Below, piece by piece: positions 1 through 9,433 of a DNA stretch of 32,020 nucleotides (the first letter of the stretch is position 1; every line of letters starts with the position of its first letter). The stretch comes from Myxococcota bacterium (lineage in GTDB: Bacteria; Myxococcota; Myxococcia; Myxococcales; Myxococcaceae), in the NCBI GenBank assembly GCA_049322255.1, contig JBMORE010000032.1:1-32020 (forward strand), in the 5' to 3' direction. Below the pieces are notes generated by a model. It saw only the letters and a program-made list of their open reading frames with translations, did no database searches and was not told where the DNA came from. The translations under genes were made by a program, and so were the position numbers.

Positions 1-2
1 TG

Positions 3-158
3 GGCAAACTGCAGCGGCTGGGCGAGCTCGACCTGGCTCCGGTGCGCGCCGCGGCTCGGGCTCGGTACGGAGGCGATGTTCCCGAGGCCCTCCTGCTGGT
101 GACGCCAGCGTCGATCGCTGCCGACAAACGGCTCGAGCAGATTTACTCGAGCTTCTAG
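3..158 (+). CDS. 3' end of a CDS entering the window (unknown product)
   Basis: Open frame from position 3 (GKLQRLGELDLAPVRAAARARYGG...EQIYSSF) ends at TAG 156-158, 11 nt before the next ATG; no family recognised. Confidence 0.5.
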   Translation, partial: GKLQRLGELDLAPVRAAARARYGGDVPEALLLVTPASIAADKRLEQIYSSF

Positions 159-169
159 GTCTGTGGCTG

Positions 170-442
170 ATGCGTTGGTTCGCACCAAGCGTGCTGTCGG
201 CCCACCTTTTGGGGGTGATGTTGGCTCAGGCCGGATATTACGGACTCGATAGCCATGACGAAGAGCTCGGAGCCCTGCTGTTTTGTGCAGTCGCGACCTT
301 GTGTGCGCTACCGATGGCCTTTGTTCGCAAAGGTGGACTCGCCCAAAAACTGACGCTGGCAACGTTCCTCGTTGCAGGCGCGCCTGGGTTGTTTTGCCTG
401 TTTCTTGGGTTGTTCAACGTCTTCTTCAGGCTTTTTGCGTAG
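170..442 (+). CDS. small hypothetical membrane protein (about 3 hydrophobic segments)
   Basis: 90-aa ORF, strongly hydrophobic, fills the space between the upstream stop and the convergent YihY stop. Confidence 0.55.
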   Translation: MRWFAPSVLSAHLLGVMLAQAGYYGLDSHDEELGALLFCAVATLCALPMAFVRKGGLAQKLTLATFLVAGAPGLFCLFLGLFNVFFRLFA

Positions 443-1276
443 TCAGGAGGGGTTTGCCACCGCACCATCGCCCGAGCGCTGCTCAAGGATGGCGTTGAGC
501 TCCGCTCCGATGAGCAGCGCCTGCACCGAAATCCACAGCCAGAGGAGGAAGACAATGACTCCGCCCAGCGCTCCGTAGACGACGTCGTACCGCCCGAAGC
601 GGGCCACGTAGAAGGAGAAGACCCACGAGGCGAGGACCCACAACAGCACTCCGAAGACCGAGCCGGGCGTGATGAGCCGGAACCTCTGCTGGACGTCGGG
701 CAGGGCGTAGTAGAGCAGCGCCCACAGAAACATCATCAGCACTCCGGCCACCGGGAGCCGCAGCCAGCCGACGAACACCTCGAACGGGTCTCCGAGGAGC
801 CGCGCCGCCGCGGGGGTGAGCACCACGATGAGTGCCGCGAGCACCCCGAACACCGAGGCCACCAGCGTCATCAGCGCCGCCCTTGCCCGCACCCTCCAGG
901 AGGAGCGGTGCTCGCGCACGCCGTGCACGGCGTTGAGCGCCCGGGAAAGGGCCACCATGCCGTTCGACGCCGAATAGAAAGCGAAGGCCGCCCCCGCGGT
1001 GAGCAACCCCACGTTGCGTTGGGCCCCCAGCGCTCGAATCTGATTGCTCAGAATGTCCACCACCGCTTGGGGTGCGACCCGGCGAAGCTCGTCGACGAGC
1101 AACTGAGCCCGGCCCGGGTCGATGATCACCCCGGCCAGCGCCACGGTGAAGATGAGGAAGGGGAACAGCGCCAGCACGGCAAAGAAGGTCACCGCGCCTG
1201 CGGTGTTGCTGATTTGATCGCGGCGGTACTCGTTTTTGAGCGCGACCAAGAGCTCTTTCCACCCTTTCACCTTCAC
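443..1276 (-). CDS. YihY/virulence factor BrkB family inner-membrane protein
   Basis: Motifs D..S..AGAVTFFAVLALFP, LYYALPD, FSFYV..F..Y..VYGALGGVIVFLLWLW, LIGAELNA; start moved to GTG 1276 behind a GAGGTGG SD-like sequence. Confidence 0.9.
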   Translation of the reverse strand: MKVKGWKELLVALKNEYRRDQISNTAGAVTFFAVLALFPFLIFTVALAGVIIDPGRAQLLVDELRRVAPQAVVDILSNQIRALGAQRNVGLLTAGAAFAFYSASNGMVALSRALNAVHGVREHRSSWRVRARAALMTLVASVFGVLAALIVVLTPAAARLLGDPFEVFVGWLRLPVAGVLMMFLWALLYYALPDVQQRFRLITPGSVFGVLLWVLASWVFSFYVARFGRYDVVYGALGGVIVFLLWLWISVQALLIGAELNAILEQRSGDGAVANPS

Positions 1277-1400
1277 GGTCCACCTCGCCTTTGGCAAAGG
1301 TGGGCATCGAGGAGCTGGAACGCACGCTTTGTTGCCTCTTCTGCGGGCAAGGGACCGGTGGTGGTTTGCGCGGGCGCCGTCGCGTGTCGATCTGGTTCCC

Positions 1401-2246
1401 GTGGCTCGACCGATCTGGACGGGAGCGATCAGCTTCGGCTTGGTCAACGTGCCGGTGAAGCTCTTCCCCGCCATCTCGCACAAGGAGATTCGCTTTCACC
1501 AGCTCCACGACGAGGACGGGGCGCGCATTCAGCTGAAGCGGGTGTGCTCGAAGGACGGTGAGGAGGTGCCCTATGAGCACGTGGTGAAGGGCTTTCCTCT
1601 AGGTGAAGAGGAATATGTGCCCCTCACTGCGGAGGAGCTGAAGGCGCTCGACCCCGAGGCCTCGCGCACGCTGGAAATCGAAGACTTCATCGACCTCGGG
1701 AAGATCGACCCCATCTACTGGGAGTCCAGCTACCACGTGGTGCCTGACCGCGGCGCCGACCGTGCCTATGCGCTCCTGTTCCACGCCATGAAACGCGCGA
1801 GAAAGGTGGCGATTGGCCGCTTGGTGATGCGCACCAAGAAATACCTGTGCAGCGTGCGCCCCTTCGAAAACGGGCTGCTCGTCTCCACCATGCAGTACGC
1901 CGACGAGCTGGTGCCGCAGGCCGAGCTGGAAGGGATGCCGGAGAAGGAACGCAGGCCGGACGAGCGCGAGCTGAAGATGGCCGAAAAGCTCATCGAGGCG
2001 CTCTCCACCGACTTCAGGCCCCAGAAGTACCAGGACGACTACCGCGAGCGGGTGCGGGAGCTCATCGAGAGGAAGGCCCAAGGGAAAGAAATCATCGCCC
2101 CTCTCCCCGCGGCGCGTCCGGCGAAGGTGGTCGACCTCATGGAAGCGCTGCAGCGCTCCTTGGAAGCGCGTGGAGAGCGGCGGGTGAAGGCGCAGGCGGC
2201 GAAGACGGCACGCAAAAAACCGGTGAAGAAGTCGCGCTCAACTTGA
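1401..2246 (+). CDS. ku: Ku protein, non-homologous end joining
   Basis: N-terminus MARPIWTGAISFGLVNVPVKL, VPYEHVVKG, IDPIY, Y.DDYRE, VVDLMEALQRSL and a basic C-terminal tail; GTG start at 1401. Confidence 0.95.
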   Translation: MARPIWTGAISFGLVNVPVKLFPAISHKEIRFHQLHDEDGARIQLKRVCSKDGEEVPYEHVVKGFPLGEEEYVPLTAEELKALDPEASRTLEIEDFIDLGKIDPIYWESSYHVVPDRGADRAYALLFHAMKRARKVAIGRLVMRTKKYLCSVRPFENGLLVSTMQYADELVPQAELEGMPEKERRPDERELKMAEKLIEALSTDFRPQKYQDDYRERVRELIERKAQGKEIIAPLPAARPAKVVDLMEALQRSLEARGERRVKAQAAKTARKKPVKKSRST

Positions 2247-4043
2247 GCGGGGCAGCGCGCTGTCCAAGGGCCCTGCGGTGGGGGAGGCGGCCGGCTCGGT
2301 TGGCACCCGCTGGCGAACGAGAGCGAGCGCCTCCTCCACCGTGGCACAGACGGCGAGCTGATTGGGAGTGTTGGTCAACCCGGCCTTGGCCAGCACCTGC
2401 GAGGGCTGTTTTTGAACCCCGGCGAGAACGACCATCGCGCCGCTCTTCCGGATCTTGGCGAGCGCGGACTCGAGCGCCACCAGCCCGGTGACGTCCATCG
2501 CCGGAACCGACTCGAGGTCGAGCACAACCACTTGGTTCTTGTTGTCGACCCGCGCCAAGGCGCCGATCGCTTTCTGGGCGGCGCCGAAGAAGAGCGGCCC
2601 GGCAATCTCGTAGTAGAGGACACCCGGTGGAAGCTCGACCTTCTGTGCGCCGCCTTGCGAGGTCACCAGCCGCGCGTTGCTGATCTCCGCCATGCGCCGC
2701 ATGAAGAGGAGTGCCGCCAGCATCACCCCAACGCTCACCGACACCACCATGTCGAAGACCACGGTGAGCGAAAAGCAGGTGAGCAGCACCACCACGTCGC
2801 TCTTGGGCGCCACCTTGACGATGTGCGCGAAGTGCTTCACCTCGCTCATGTTCCACGCCACCAAGAGCAGGAGCGCGGCCAACGAGGCCATCGGCAGATA
2901 ACCCATGAGCGGTGCCAGCGCGACCACTCCCGCGAGCACGAAGAGCGCATGCACCACCGCGGCGATGGGCGAGCGGGCGCCTGCGCGAATGTTGGTGGCG
3001 GTACGTGCGATGGCGCCGGTGGCGGCGATGCCTCCGAAGAACGGCGCCGCGATGTTTCCCACGCCTTGGGCGAGCAGCTCGGTGTCGGGGTCGTGCTTGG
3101 TGCCGGCCATGCCGTCGGCCACCACCGCGCACAAGAGCGACTCGATCGCCCCCAGCACCGCGATGGCGAACGCCGAGGGCAAGAGGGTACGAAGCATCGC
3201 CAGCGACACCACCAGCGGCGTGCCGTCGGGACCAGGGAAGCTCCAGGGCAACGAAGGCAGCGGCGGGAAGGGTGGAATCCCGGCGAAGGTCTTGCCTCCG
3301 GAGACGTAGGAGAACTTGCTGGCGATGGTCGCCACCTCGAAGCCGAAGAAGCGGTGGGCGAGCGCGGCGGCGGCGGCGCCCAGCGAGAGCGCTATCAGCG
3401 GTGCGGGTACCCGGCGGGTCACCTTTGGCCAGGCGAGCAGCACGGCAAGGGTGAACGCCCCGATGGCCAAGTCAGGCCAGCGCATGGAGGGGGCGGCGTG
3501 AACCAGCGCCTCCACCCGCTCGATGTAATGGTCAGGGAGCTTGGCGCTCAGCCCCAAGAGCTTGTCGATCTGCAAGGTGGCAATCACCACCGCGATGCCA
3601 GCGGTGAAGCCCGTGGTGACTGGGTGGGGAATGAATTCGATGAGCCTGCCCAGCCGCGCCGCCCCCATGGTGAAGAGAATGACGCCGGCCATCATCGTGG
3701 CGAGCAGAAGGCCCCCCAGACCGTGTTGCGCCGAGATGGGAGCGAGGATGACCACGAAGGCCGCAGTGGGCCCGCTCACCTGGAAGCGCGAGCCACCGAG
3801 GAGGGCAATGAGCCCTCCGCCGATGATGGCGGTGTAAATGCCGTGCTGAGGGGGCACTCCCGAGGCGATCGCCAGCGCCATCGCCAGTGGCAGGGCGACG
3901 ATCCCCACCACCACCCCAGCCATCAAGTCCGCCGAGAAGTCCTTCTTCGAATAGCCGATGTGGAGCGATTCCCGCAACGCCACAGCGGGGTGCAGGTTCA
4001 ATTTGGGGAAGAGCGCTTTCGCCGCTTCGTAACGTTTCCTCAT
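2238..4043 (-). CDS. dauA: SulP-family transporter with STAS domain, DauA/YchM-like C4-dicarboxylate transporter
   Basis: DLMAGVVVGIVALPLAMALAIASGVPPQHG, VSGPTAAFVVIL, ATGAIART, STAS motif GPLFFGAA. Confidence 0.85.
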   Translation of the reverse strand: MRKRYEAAKALFPKLNLHPAVALRESLHIGYSKKDFSADLMAGVVVGIVALPLAMALAIASGVPPQHGIYTAIIGGGLIALLGGSRFQVSGPTAAFVVILAPISAQHGLGGLLLATMMAGVILFTMGAARLGRLIEFIPHPVTTGFTAGIAVVIATLQIDKLLGLSAKLPDHYIERVEALVHAAPSMRWPDLAIGAFTLAVLLAWPKVTRRVPAPLIALSLGAAAAALAHRFFGFEVATIASKFSYVSGGKTFAGIPPFPPLPSLPWSFPGPDGTPLVVSLAMLRTLLPSAFAIAVLGAIESLLCAVVADGMAGTKHDPDTELLAQGVGNIAAPFFGGIAATGAIARTATNIRAGARSPIAAVVHALFVLAGVVALAPLMGYLPMASLAALLLLVAWNMSEVKHFAHIVKVAPKSDVVVLLTCFSLTVVFDMVVSVSVGVMLAALLFMRRMAEISNARLVTSQGGAQKVELPPGVLYYEIAGPLFFGAAQKAIGALARVDNKNQVVVLDLESVPAMDVTGLVALESALAKIRKSGAMVVLAGVQKQPSQVLAKAGLTNTPNQLAVCATVEEALALVRQRVPTEPAASPTAGPLDSALPRSS

Positions 4044-4090
4044 CTTGGTCCTGGCGCTTTACCACGTCGCTCGTGGTAATGCCCGCGCGC

Positions 4091-4888
4091 ATGCCCGAGC
4101 TGCCGGAGGTCGAGATCACCCGCCGCAACCTCGAGCGCTGGCTCACCGGCCGGCGCATCGAGCGCGCAAAGGCCGCTCCCAGCCGCGTGTTTCGTGGCGC
4201 CGACGTGAAGGCGTTTCGCGCGTTGGGCGGCCGTCTGCTCGCCGCCGATCGACGAGGCAAGTACCTGCTTTTGACCTTCGAGGGGGGGCGAGGTCTCCTC
4301 TCTCACCTGGGCATGACGGGGAAGTACGTGCGAAGGCCCCCAGGGCACCTCGAGCCCCACAGCCGGGCCCGCTTCATCCTCGACACGGGGGAGGTCATTC
4401 ACTACCGCGACCCGCGTATGTTCGGACGGATGCAGCCTGCTCCCGCGGAAAAGTTGCCCGCGCTGGTGGCACATCTGGGGCGCGATCCGTTCTTAGAAGG
4501 ACTGACCGCGGCGCAGCTCACGGAGGCGCTCGCCGGCTCGAAGCAGGCGATCAAGGTCGCCCTGATGGACCAGGAGCGGCTGGCCGGCCTGGGCAACATC
4601 CACGCCGCCGAGGCGCTCTTTCGCGCCCGCCTCGACCCGCGGCGCAAGCCCAACTCGCTGACGGCGGAGGAGTGGAAACGGTTGGCGAAGGCGATTCGCG
4701 ACGACTTGCGGTTTGCCATCGACGAGGAAGCGTCGGACGAAATCGAGTACGTCGAGGAGCCGGGGGCGCCCAACCCCTTCCTCATCTACGGCCGCGCGGG
4801 TGAGCCGTGCCCCCGCTGCGGCACCACGGTTCGCGCCCTGACCCAGGCCGGACGGACGACACACTACTGTCCGCAGTGTCAGCGCTAG
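4091..4888 (+). CDS. mutM: formamidopyrimidine-DNA glycosylase (Fpg/MutM)
   Basis: MPELPEVE N-terminus, RRGKYL, HLGMTG, DPRMFG, GLGNIHAAE, C-terminal zinc finger CPRC...CPQCQ. Confidence 0.93.
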   Translation: MPELPEVEITRRNLERWLTGRRIERAKAAPSRVFRGADVKAFRALGGRLLAADRRGKYLLLTFEGGRGLLSHLGMTGKYVRRPPGHLEPHSRARFILDTGEVIHYRDPRMFGRMQPAPAEKLPALVAHLGRDPFLEGLTAAQLTEALAGSKQAIKVALMDQERLAGLGNIHAAEALFRARLDPRRKPNSLTAEEWKRLAKAIRDDLRFAIDEEASDEIEYVEEPGAPNPFLIYGRAGEPCPRCGTTVRALTQAGRTTHYCPQCQR

Positions 4889-4890
4889 CA

Positions 4891-4923
4891 CCCCTCTCCC
4901 GTGGGAGAGGGAAAGGGTGAGGG
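4891..4923 (+). repeat. BoxC/triplex-type palindromic repeat, copy 1 (intergenic mutM-mce)
   Basis: CCCCTCTCCC-GT-GGGAGAGGG-AAA-GGGTGAGGG. Confidence 0.9.
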
Positions 4924-4930
4924 AACGACG

Positions 4931-5353
4931 ATGAGCAAAGTCAAAGCAGTAGGACTCGACCACGTGGCCATCGCGGTGAAGGACTTGGAGGCGGCCATCG
5001 CCGTCTACCGCGACGCCTTGGGCCTGGGAGAACCGGAGCTCGAGGACGTTCCCGAGCAGCAAGTGAAGACCGCCATCTTCGGCCACGGCCAGGGGCGGGT
5101 GGAGCTCATCTGCCCCACGGTGGAGGACAGCGGGGTGGCCAAGTTCCTGAAGAAGCGCGGCGAGGGGCTGCATCACCTGTGCCTGGAAGTGGAAGACATC
5201 GAGGCTGCGCTTGTTGCTCTCAAGGCCCAAGGCGCGCCCCTCATCGACGAGGTGCCGAAGCTGGGTGCGGGCGGAGCGAAGATTGCCTTCGTTCACCCCA
5301 AGGGCACCGGCGGGGTGCTCATCGAGCTACGTCAAGGCGACCGGAGTCGTTGA
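4931..5353 (+). CDS. mce: methylmalonyl-CoA epimerase (VOC fold)
   Basis: DHVAIAVKDLE, FLKKRGEGLHHLCLEV, IAFVHPKGTGGVLIEL; start at ATG 4931 because the upstream GTG lies inside the repeat. Confidence 0.92.
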   Translation: MSKVKAVGLDHVAIAVKDLEAAIAVYRDALGLGEPELEDVPEQQVKTAIFGHGQGRVELICPTVEDSGVAKFLKKRGEGLHHLCLEVEDIEAALVALKAQGAPLIDEVPKLGAGGAKIAFVHPKGTGGVLIELRQGDRSR

Positions 5354-5413
5354 CACCGAAGGCTTCGATGCTTTACTGCCGCGCTCCCACGACGTACCGG
5401 GAGACGAATCCTT

Positions 5414-7273
5414 ATGCTCAAGGCCCCTCTGGCGGCCCTTCTCGTCGTTTCCGCCGCGGCGAACGCCCAGGCTCCTGACGCTGGCACGCCGTTGCCGCCA
5501 CCTCCGCCGGGCACGCCCACCTCGGCCACCGAGGTGGAGCAGCTGAAAAAAGAGCTGGAGAAGGCCCAGCAGCAGATGAAGGAGATGCGCGAAGAATTTC
5601 GCGCGCAGCTGGCCACCCAGTCGGTGGCGCAGGGTTGGCAAGACAGTTGGGTGGAGGAGCGGCGCAAGCTCGAGCTCTTCGTCCCCGACGGGTACTTCCG
5701 GGTGCGGCCCGACCTCTTGCACAACCTCGATTTGAACCGCGCTCCCGACCCGTCTGGTTACACGCTGTTCCCTCAGTCGCCCACCTCCGCGGGTGACAAG
5801 ACGATGGCCGGGGTGAACATGCGCTTCCGCTTCGAGCCGACGCTGAACGTCTCGGAGGAGGTGCGGGTGCGTCTGCAAATCGACGCGCTGGACAACGTGC
5901 TCTTCGGCTCGACACCGGACTACGCCTTCAGCCGCTCGGCGGCGGTGGGCTTTCGCAACGACCGCGACGCCTTCACCGTCTTCTCCAACTCGCAAACGCC
6001 TCCCGCCTCGGCGGTGAGCTCGCTCTCCGACTCGCTCAAGGTCCGGCGCGTCTATGGCGAGGTGAGCACGCCGGTGGGCATCTTGCGCGGCGGCCGCATG
6101 GGCTCGCACTGGGGCCTGGGCATGTTGTGGAACGACGGCAACTGCCGAAACTGCGACTTCGGCACCACGGTGGACCGCCTGATGTTCGTCACCGAGCCGG
6201 TCACCGGCTTCTACGTGACGCCGATGCTCGACTTCAACGCCGAAGGGCCCGCCACGGTGAAGGCGGGCAGCGGCGTACCCATCGACCTGTCGAACTCCGA
6301 TGACAGCCACAGCTTCGTCCTCGCGGTGGCCCGGCGCGACACCGAGCAGCAGGCGCGTGCGCGGCTGGACAACAACCAGGCGGTGTTCAACTACGGGCTG
6401 CACTTCACCTACCGGGTGCAGAAGCACGACCCCGCCGAGCTCTACGGCAACGCCTTCCAGAACGAGGGCGGCGACGTTCCCACCGGTCAGCTGTCTGCTG
6501 GCTACGTCCGGCGCGACTCCAACCTCTACATTCCCGACGTGTGGGTGAAGTACGAGCGCCGCAGCTTTCGTCTCGAGCTCGAGGCGGCCGGCGTCTTCGG
6601 CTCCATCGGCAACCGTGCGCAGCGGGGCGCTGACGCCGATAGTCCCGGGGCCAACCAGGGGCTCACCGTGGTGCAGTTCGGCGCGGTGGCTCAAGGGGAG
6701 TACAAGCTGCTCGAGGGCGGCCTCAAGCTGGGGCTGGAGGTGGGGTTCGCCTCGGGCGACCGTGCGCCGGGGTTTGGCAACTACCCGCGGCGCGTCACTG
6801 GCGATGCCGACAACAACACCCAGCCGGGAGACATCGACGGCCCGCAATACGCCTGCCAGAGCACCGGCGGCTGCACCGACAACTCCATTCGCAACTTCCG
6901 CTTCGACCGGGACTACCGGGTGGACCTCATCTTGTGGCGGGAGATTCTCGGTGGGGTGACCGATGCCGTCTATGCCCGGCCGACCATCGACTACCGGGTG
7001 GCCGAGGGCTTTCACCTGCTGGGGGCGGTCATCTACTCGCGCGCCATCTTCTTCGAGTCGACGCCTTCGTTCGACGGCACCAGTGGCGACGAGAACCTGG
7101 GCCTCGAGCTCAACGCGGGGGCGCGCTACGAAACCGAAGACGGGTTCTTCGCCGAGGTGATGTGGGGCATCCTCTTCCCGCTGGGAGGTCTGGGTGACAA
7201 GCGCCCCTTGGCCGAAGGCACCGACGTGGAGTCGGCGCAGGCGCTGCGCGGCGTGGTGGGAATCCACTTCTAA
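5414..7273 (+). CDS. myxobacterial outer-membrane beta-barrel protein (TIGR04551-like) with N-terminal coiled coil
   Basis: Signal peptide (..AAANA|Q), Pro linker, coiled coil EVEQLKKELEKAQQQMKEMREE, amphipathic strands, GRMGSHWGLG, terminal Phe (GVVGIHF); family name from recollection. Confidence 0.7.
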   Translation: MLKAPLAALLVVSAAANAQAPDAGTPLPPPPPGTPTSATEVEQLKKELEKAQQQMKEMREEFRAQLATQSVAQGWQDSWVEERRKLELFVPDGYFRVRPDLLHNLDLNRAPDPSGYTLFPQSPTSAGDKTMAGVNMRFRFEPTLNVSEEVRVRLQIDALDNVLFGSTPDYAFSRSAAVGFRNDRDAFTVFSNSQTPPASAVSSLSDSLKVRRVYGEVSTPVGILRGGRMGSHWGLGMLWNDGNCRNCDFGTTVDRLMFVTEPVTGFYVTPMLDFNAEGPATVKAGSGVPIDLSNSDDSHSFVLAVARRDTEQQARARLDNNQAVFNYGLHFTYRVQKHDPAELYGNAFQNEGGDVPTGQLSAGYVRRDSNLYIPDVWVKYERRSFRLELEAAGVFGSIGNRAQRGADADSPGANQGLTVVQFGAVAQGEYKLLEGGLKLGLEVGFASGDRAPGFGNYPRRVTGDADNNTQPGDIDGPQYACQSTGGCTDNSIRNFRFDRDYRVDLILWREILGGVTDAVYARPTIDYRVAEGFHLLGAVIYSRAIFFESTPSFDGTSGDENLGLELNAGARYETEDGFFAEVMWGILFPLGGLGDKRPLAEGTDVESAQALRGVVGIHF

Positions 7274-7277
7274 AGCA

Positions 7278-7311
7278 CCCCTCTCCCCGTGGGAGAGGGC
7301 AAGGGTGAGGG
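7278..7311 (+). repeat. BoxC/triplex-type repeat, copy 2
   Basis: CCCCTCTCCC-CGT-GGGAGAGGG-CAA-GGGTGAGGG. Confidence 0.9.
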
Positions 7312-7319
7312 ACCCTCGG

Positions 7320-7472
7320 GTGCGAGCGATTCTTTCTGCCTTCTTCTTTCTCACCGCCTGCGGCATCAAAGGCCCGCCCAAACCGCCGGAGGTTTCGCCA
7401 CCGCCCCCGAGCACTTCGACGGTGGCGAAGCTGCCCGACGCCGGCTGCCCAAGCTGCCCAGAGCGCCCATGA
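7320..7472 (+). CDS. small lipoprotein, YifL/LptM/LppL-like (CGxKGP motif)
   Basis: GTG 7320 gives MRAILSAFFFLTACGIKGPPKPP... (50 aa); lipobox LTAC followed by GIKGP; stop overlaps the lysA start (ATGA). Confidence 0.7.
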   Translation: MRAILSAFFFLTACGIKGPPKPPEVSPPPPSTSTVAKLPDAGCPSCPERP

Positions 7473-8710
7473 ACCACTTTCGGTACCGGGGGCGGGCGCT
7501 GTACGCCGAGGGCGTGCCGCTTTCGCGCATCGCTCGCGAGGTGGGCACCCCGACCTACGTCTACTCCACCGCCACCTTACGCAGGCACATACGGGTGCTC
7601 GACGCGGCCTTCGCTGGGGTGCCGCACCTGCTTTGCTACTCGGTGAAGGCGAGCTCCAACCTGGCGCTCCTGCGGCTCTTGGCAAAGGAGGGCGCGGGCT
7701 TCGACATCGTCTCCGGCGGCGAGCTGGGGCGGGTGCTGAAGGCCACGGGGGATGCCAGCGGGGTGGTCTTCTCCGGGGTGGGAAAGACCGAAGAGGAGAT
7801 GGCCGCGGCGCTGAAGGCCGGCATCTTGATGTTCAACGTGGAGAGCGCCGAAGAGCTTTCCGCTTTGGACCGCGTCGGTCGCCGTCTGCGTCGCCGGGCG
7901 CCCTTCTCCATTCGCGTCAACCCCGACGTCGACCCGCGCACCCACCGGCACATCGCCACCGGCCTTCGAACCTCCAAGTTCGGAGTGCCCTTCGAGGAGG
8001 CGCGTCGGCTTTATCTCGCTAGCCGGAGATGGAAGGGGGTGCGCGCCCAAGGTGTCGACTGCCACATCGGCTCGCAGCTGGTCGACGTGGCGCCGGTGCG
8101 GGCAGCGATTCGCCGGGTGGCCGATTTCTATCGCGCGCTTTCAGCGCAAGGCTTCCCGCTGTCGCACCTGGACGTCGGCGGCGGGCTGGGCATCACCTAC
8201 AAGGAGGAGCGCCCTCCCTCGGTGGAGGAGTACGCCCGCGCGGTGTTCGAACCGCTCCAAGGGCTGGGCGCCACCTTGGTGCTGGAGCCAGGAAGGGTGC
8301 TGGTGGGCAACGCCGCGGTGTTGCTCACCCGGGTGCTTTACCGGAAGCAGACCCCGGCCAAGCGCTTCGTGGTGGTGGATGCGGGGATGAACGACCTTCT
8401 CCGCCCGGCGCTGTACGAGGCGCACCACGAGCTTTTGCCGGTCCAAAAGCATGCGGGGCGCTTCGCCGCCGTCGACGTGGTCGGGCCGGTGTGCGAGTCG
8501 ACCGACGTGCTCGCGCGTGGTCGGCGTCTGGTCGAGCCCAGGCCCGGAGCGTTGTACGCGGTGATGAGCGCCGGTGCCTACGGCATGAGCATGGCGTCGA
8601 ACTACAACTCACGCCTCCGCCCGGCTGAGGTGCTGGTGGATGGAGCGAAGTACCGCGTGGTGCGTGCGCGCGAATCGCTCACCGACCTCTGGCGCGGCGA
8701 AAACCGCTGA
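7469..8710 (+). CDS. lysA: diaminopimelate decarboxylase
   Basis: GTPTYVYS, YSVKA (PLP Lys), DIVSGGEL, HIGSQ, DVGGGLG, EPGR, GPVCESTD, GAYGMSMASNYNSR. Confidence 0.96.
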   Translation: MNHFRYRGRALYAEGVPLSRIAREVGTPTYVYSTATLRRHIRVLDAAFAGVPHLLCYSVKASSNLALLRLLAKEGAGFDIVSGGELGRVLKATGDASGVVFSGVGKTEEEMAAALKAGILMFNVESAEELSALDRVGRRLRRRAPFSIRVNPDVDPRTHRHIATGLRTSKFGVPFEEARRLYLASRRWKGVRAQGVDCHIGSQLVDVAPVRAAIRRVADFYRALSAQGFPLSHLDVGGGLGITYKEERPPSVEEYARAVFEPLQGLGATLVLEPGRVLVGNAAVLLTRVLYRKQTPAKRFVVVDAGMNDLLRPALYEAHHELLPVQKHAGRFAAVDVVGPVCESTDVLARGRRLVEPRPGALYAVMSAGAYGMSMASNYNSRLRPAEVLVDGAKYRVVRARESLTDLWRGENR

Positions 8711-8754
8711 AGGCACACCTTGCCGTCTTGGTCATGCTTAGCTAATTTTGGGGC

Positions 8755-8988
8755 ATGCGCCAGGTCAACGTTCACGAAGCCAAGACGCAGCTCTCGCGCC
8801 TGCTTGAAGTCGTCGAGGCGGGCGAGCGTGTGGTCATCGCGCGCGCCGGTCAACCGGTGGCCGTGCTGACGCCTTATAAGGTGGTGGTGCGCAAGCGGCG
8901 GCTGGGGCTGTTTGCCGGGCAGGCGCGCATTCACCCCGACTTCGACGAACTGCCACCAGACATCGCGTCGACGCTCGGTGTCACCTGA
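8755..8988 (+). CDS. Phd/YefM-family antitoxin
   Basis: MRQVNVHEAKTQLSRLLEVVEAGERVVIARAGQPVA; directly upstream of a PIN toxin. Confidence 0.92.
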   Translation: MRQVNVHEAKTQLSRLLEVVEAGERVVIARAGQPVAVLTPYKVVVRKRRLGLFAGQARIHPDFDELPPDIASTLGVT

Positions 8989-9378
8989 ATGAAGCTGTTG
9001 CTCGACACGCATGCGCTGCTGTGGAGCGCCAGCGACCCCGAAAATTTGTCAGCGGACGCACGAGAGATGCTCGAAGACGGCACCAACGAAGTGCTCGTCA
9101 GCACCGTGTCCGCGTGGGAAATCGCCATCAAGCAGTCGATTGGCAAGCTCGAGCTGCCCAAGCCCGCCGAGCAGTGGCTGCCCGAGGTGTTGCGGCGAAC
9201 GGGCTTCGAGGTCGCTGAACTGGGGCTTTCCGCCGCGCTGCGTGTCCGCGGCTTGCCGTGGCACCACCGCGATCCCTTCGATCGGTTGCTCATCGCTCAT
9301 GCCCTTGAAGACGGTTACACGTTGGTGACGCGCGACGGCGTCTTCGCAGACTACGGCGTGCCGGTGCTCGATGCCTGA
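8989..9378 (+). CDS. vapC: PIN-domain (VapC) toxin
   Basis: MKLLLDTHALLW, S.VSAWEIAIK, HRDPFDRLLIA, LVTRD. Confidence 0.93.
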   Translation: MKLLLDTHALLWSASDPENLSADAREMLEDGTNEVLVSTVSAWEIAIKQSIGKLELPKPAEQWLPEVLRRTGFEVAELGLSAALRVRGLPWHHRDPFDRLLIAHALEDGYTLVTRDGVFADYGVPVLDA

Positions 9379-9433
9379 CGGGAGGCTTCGACGCGCTCGG
9401 TGAAGCGGGCCGAGAGCGCGATGAAGCGCATCT

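Noticed and set aside
3..442. Toxin C-terminus plus membrane immunity protein pair
   Set aside because: The layout is compatible, but there is no toxin motif in the 51 visible residues; unsupported.
5327..7477. Long antisense or alternate-frame ORFs (e.g. 5327-7477 -, 2412-4079 +, 10460-12370 -, 20570-22033 -, 21520-23982 -)
   Set aside because: Shadow ORFs typical of high-GC genomes; they overlap well-supported genes and show no recognisable motifs.
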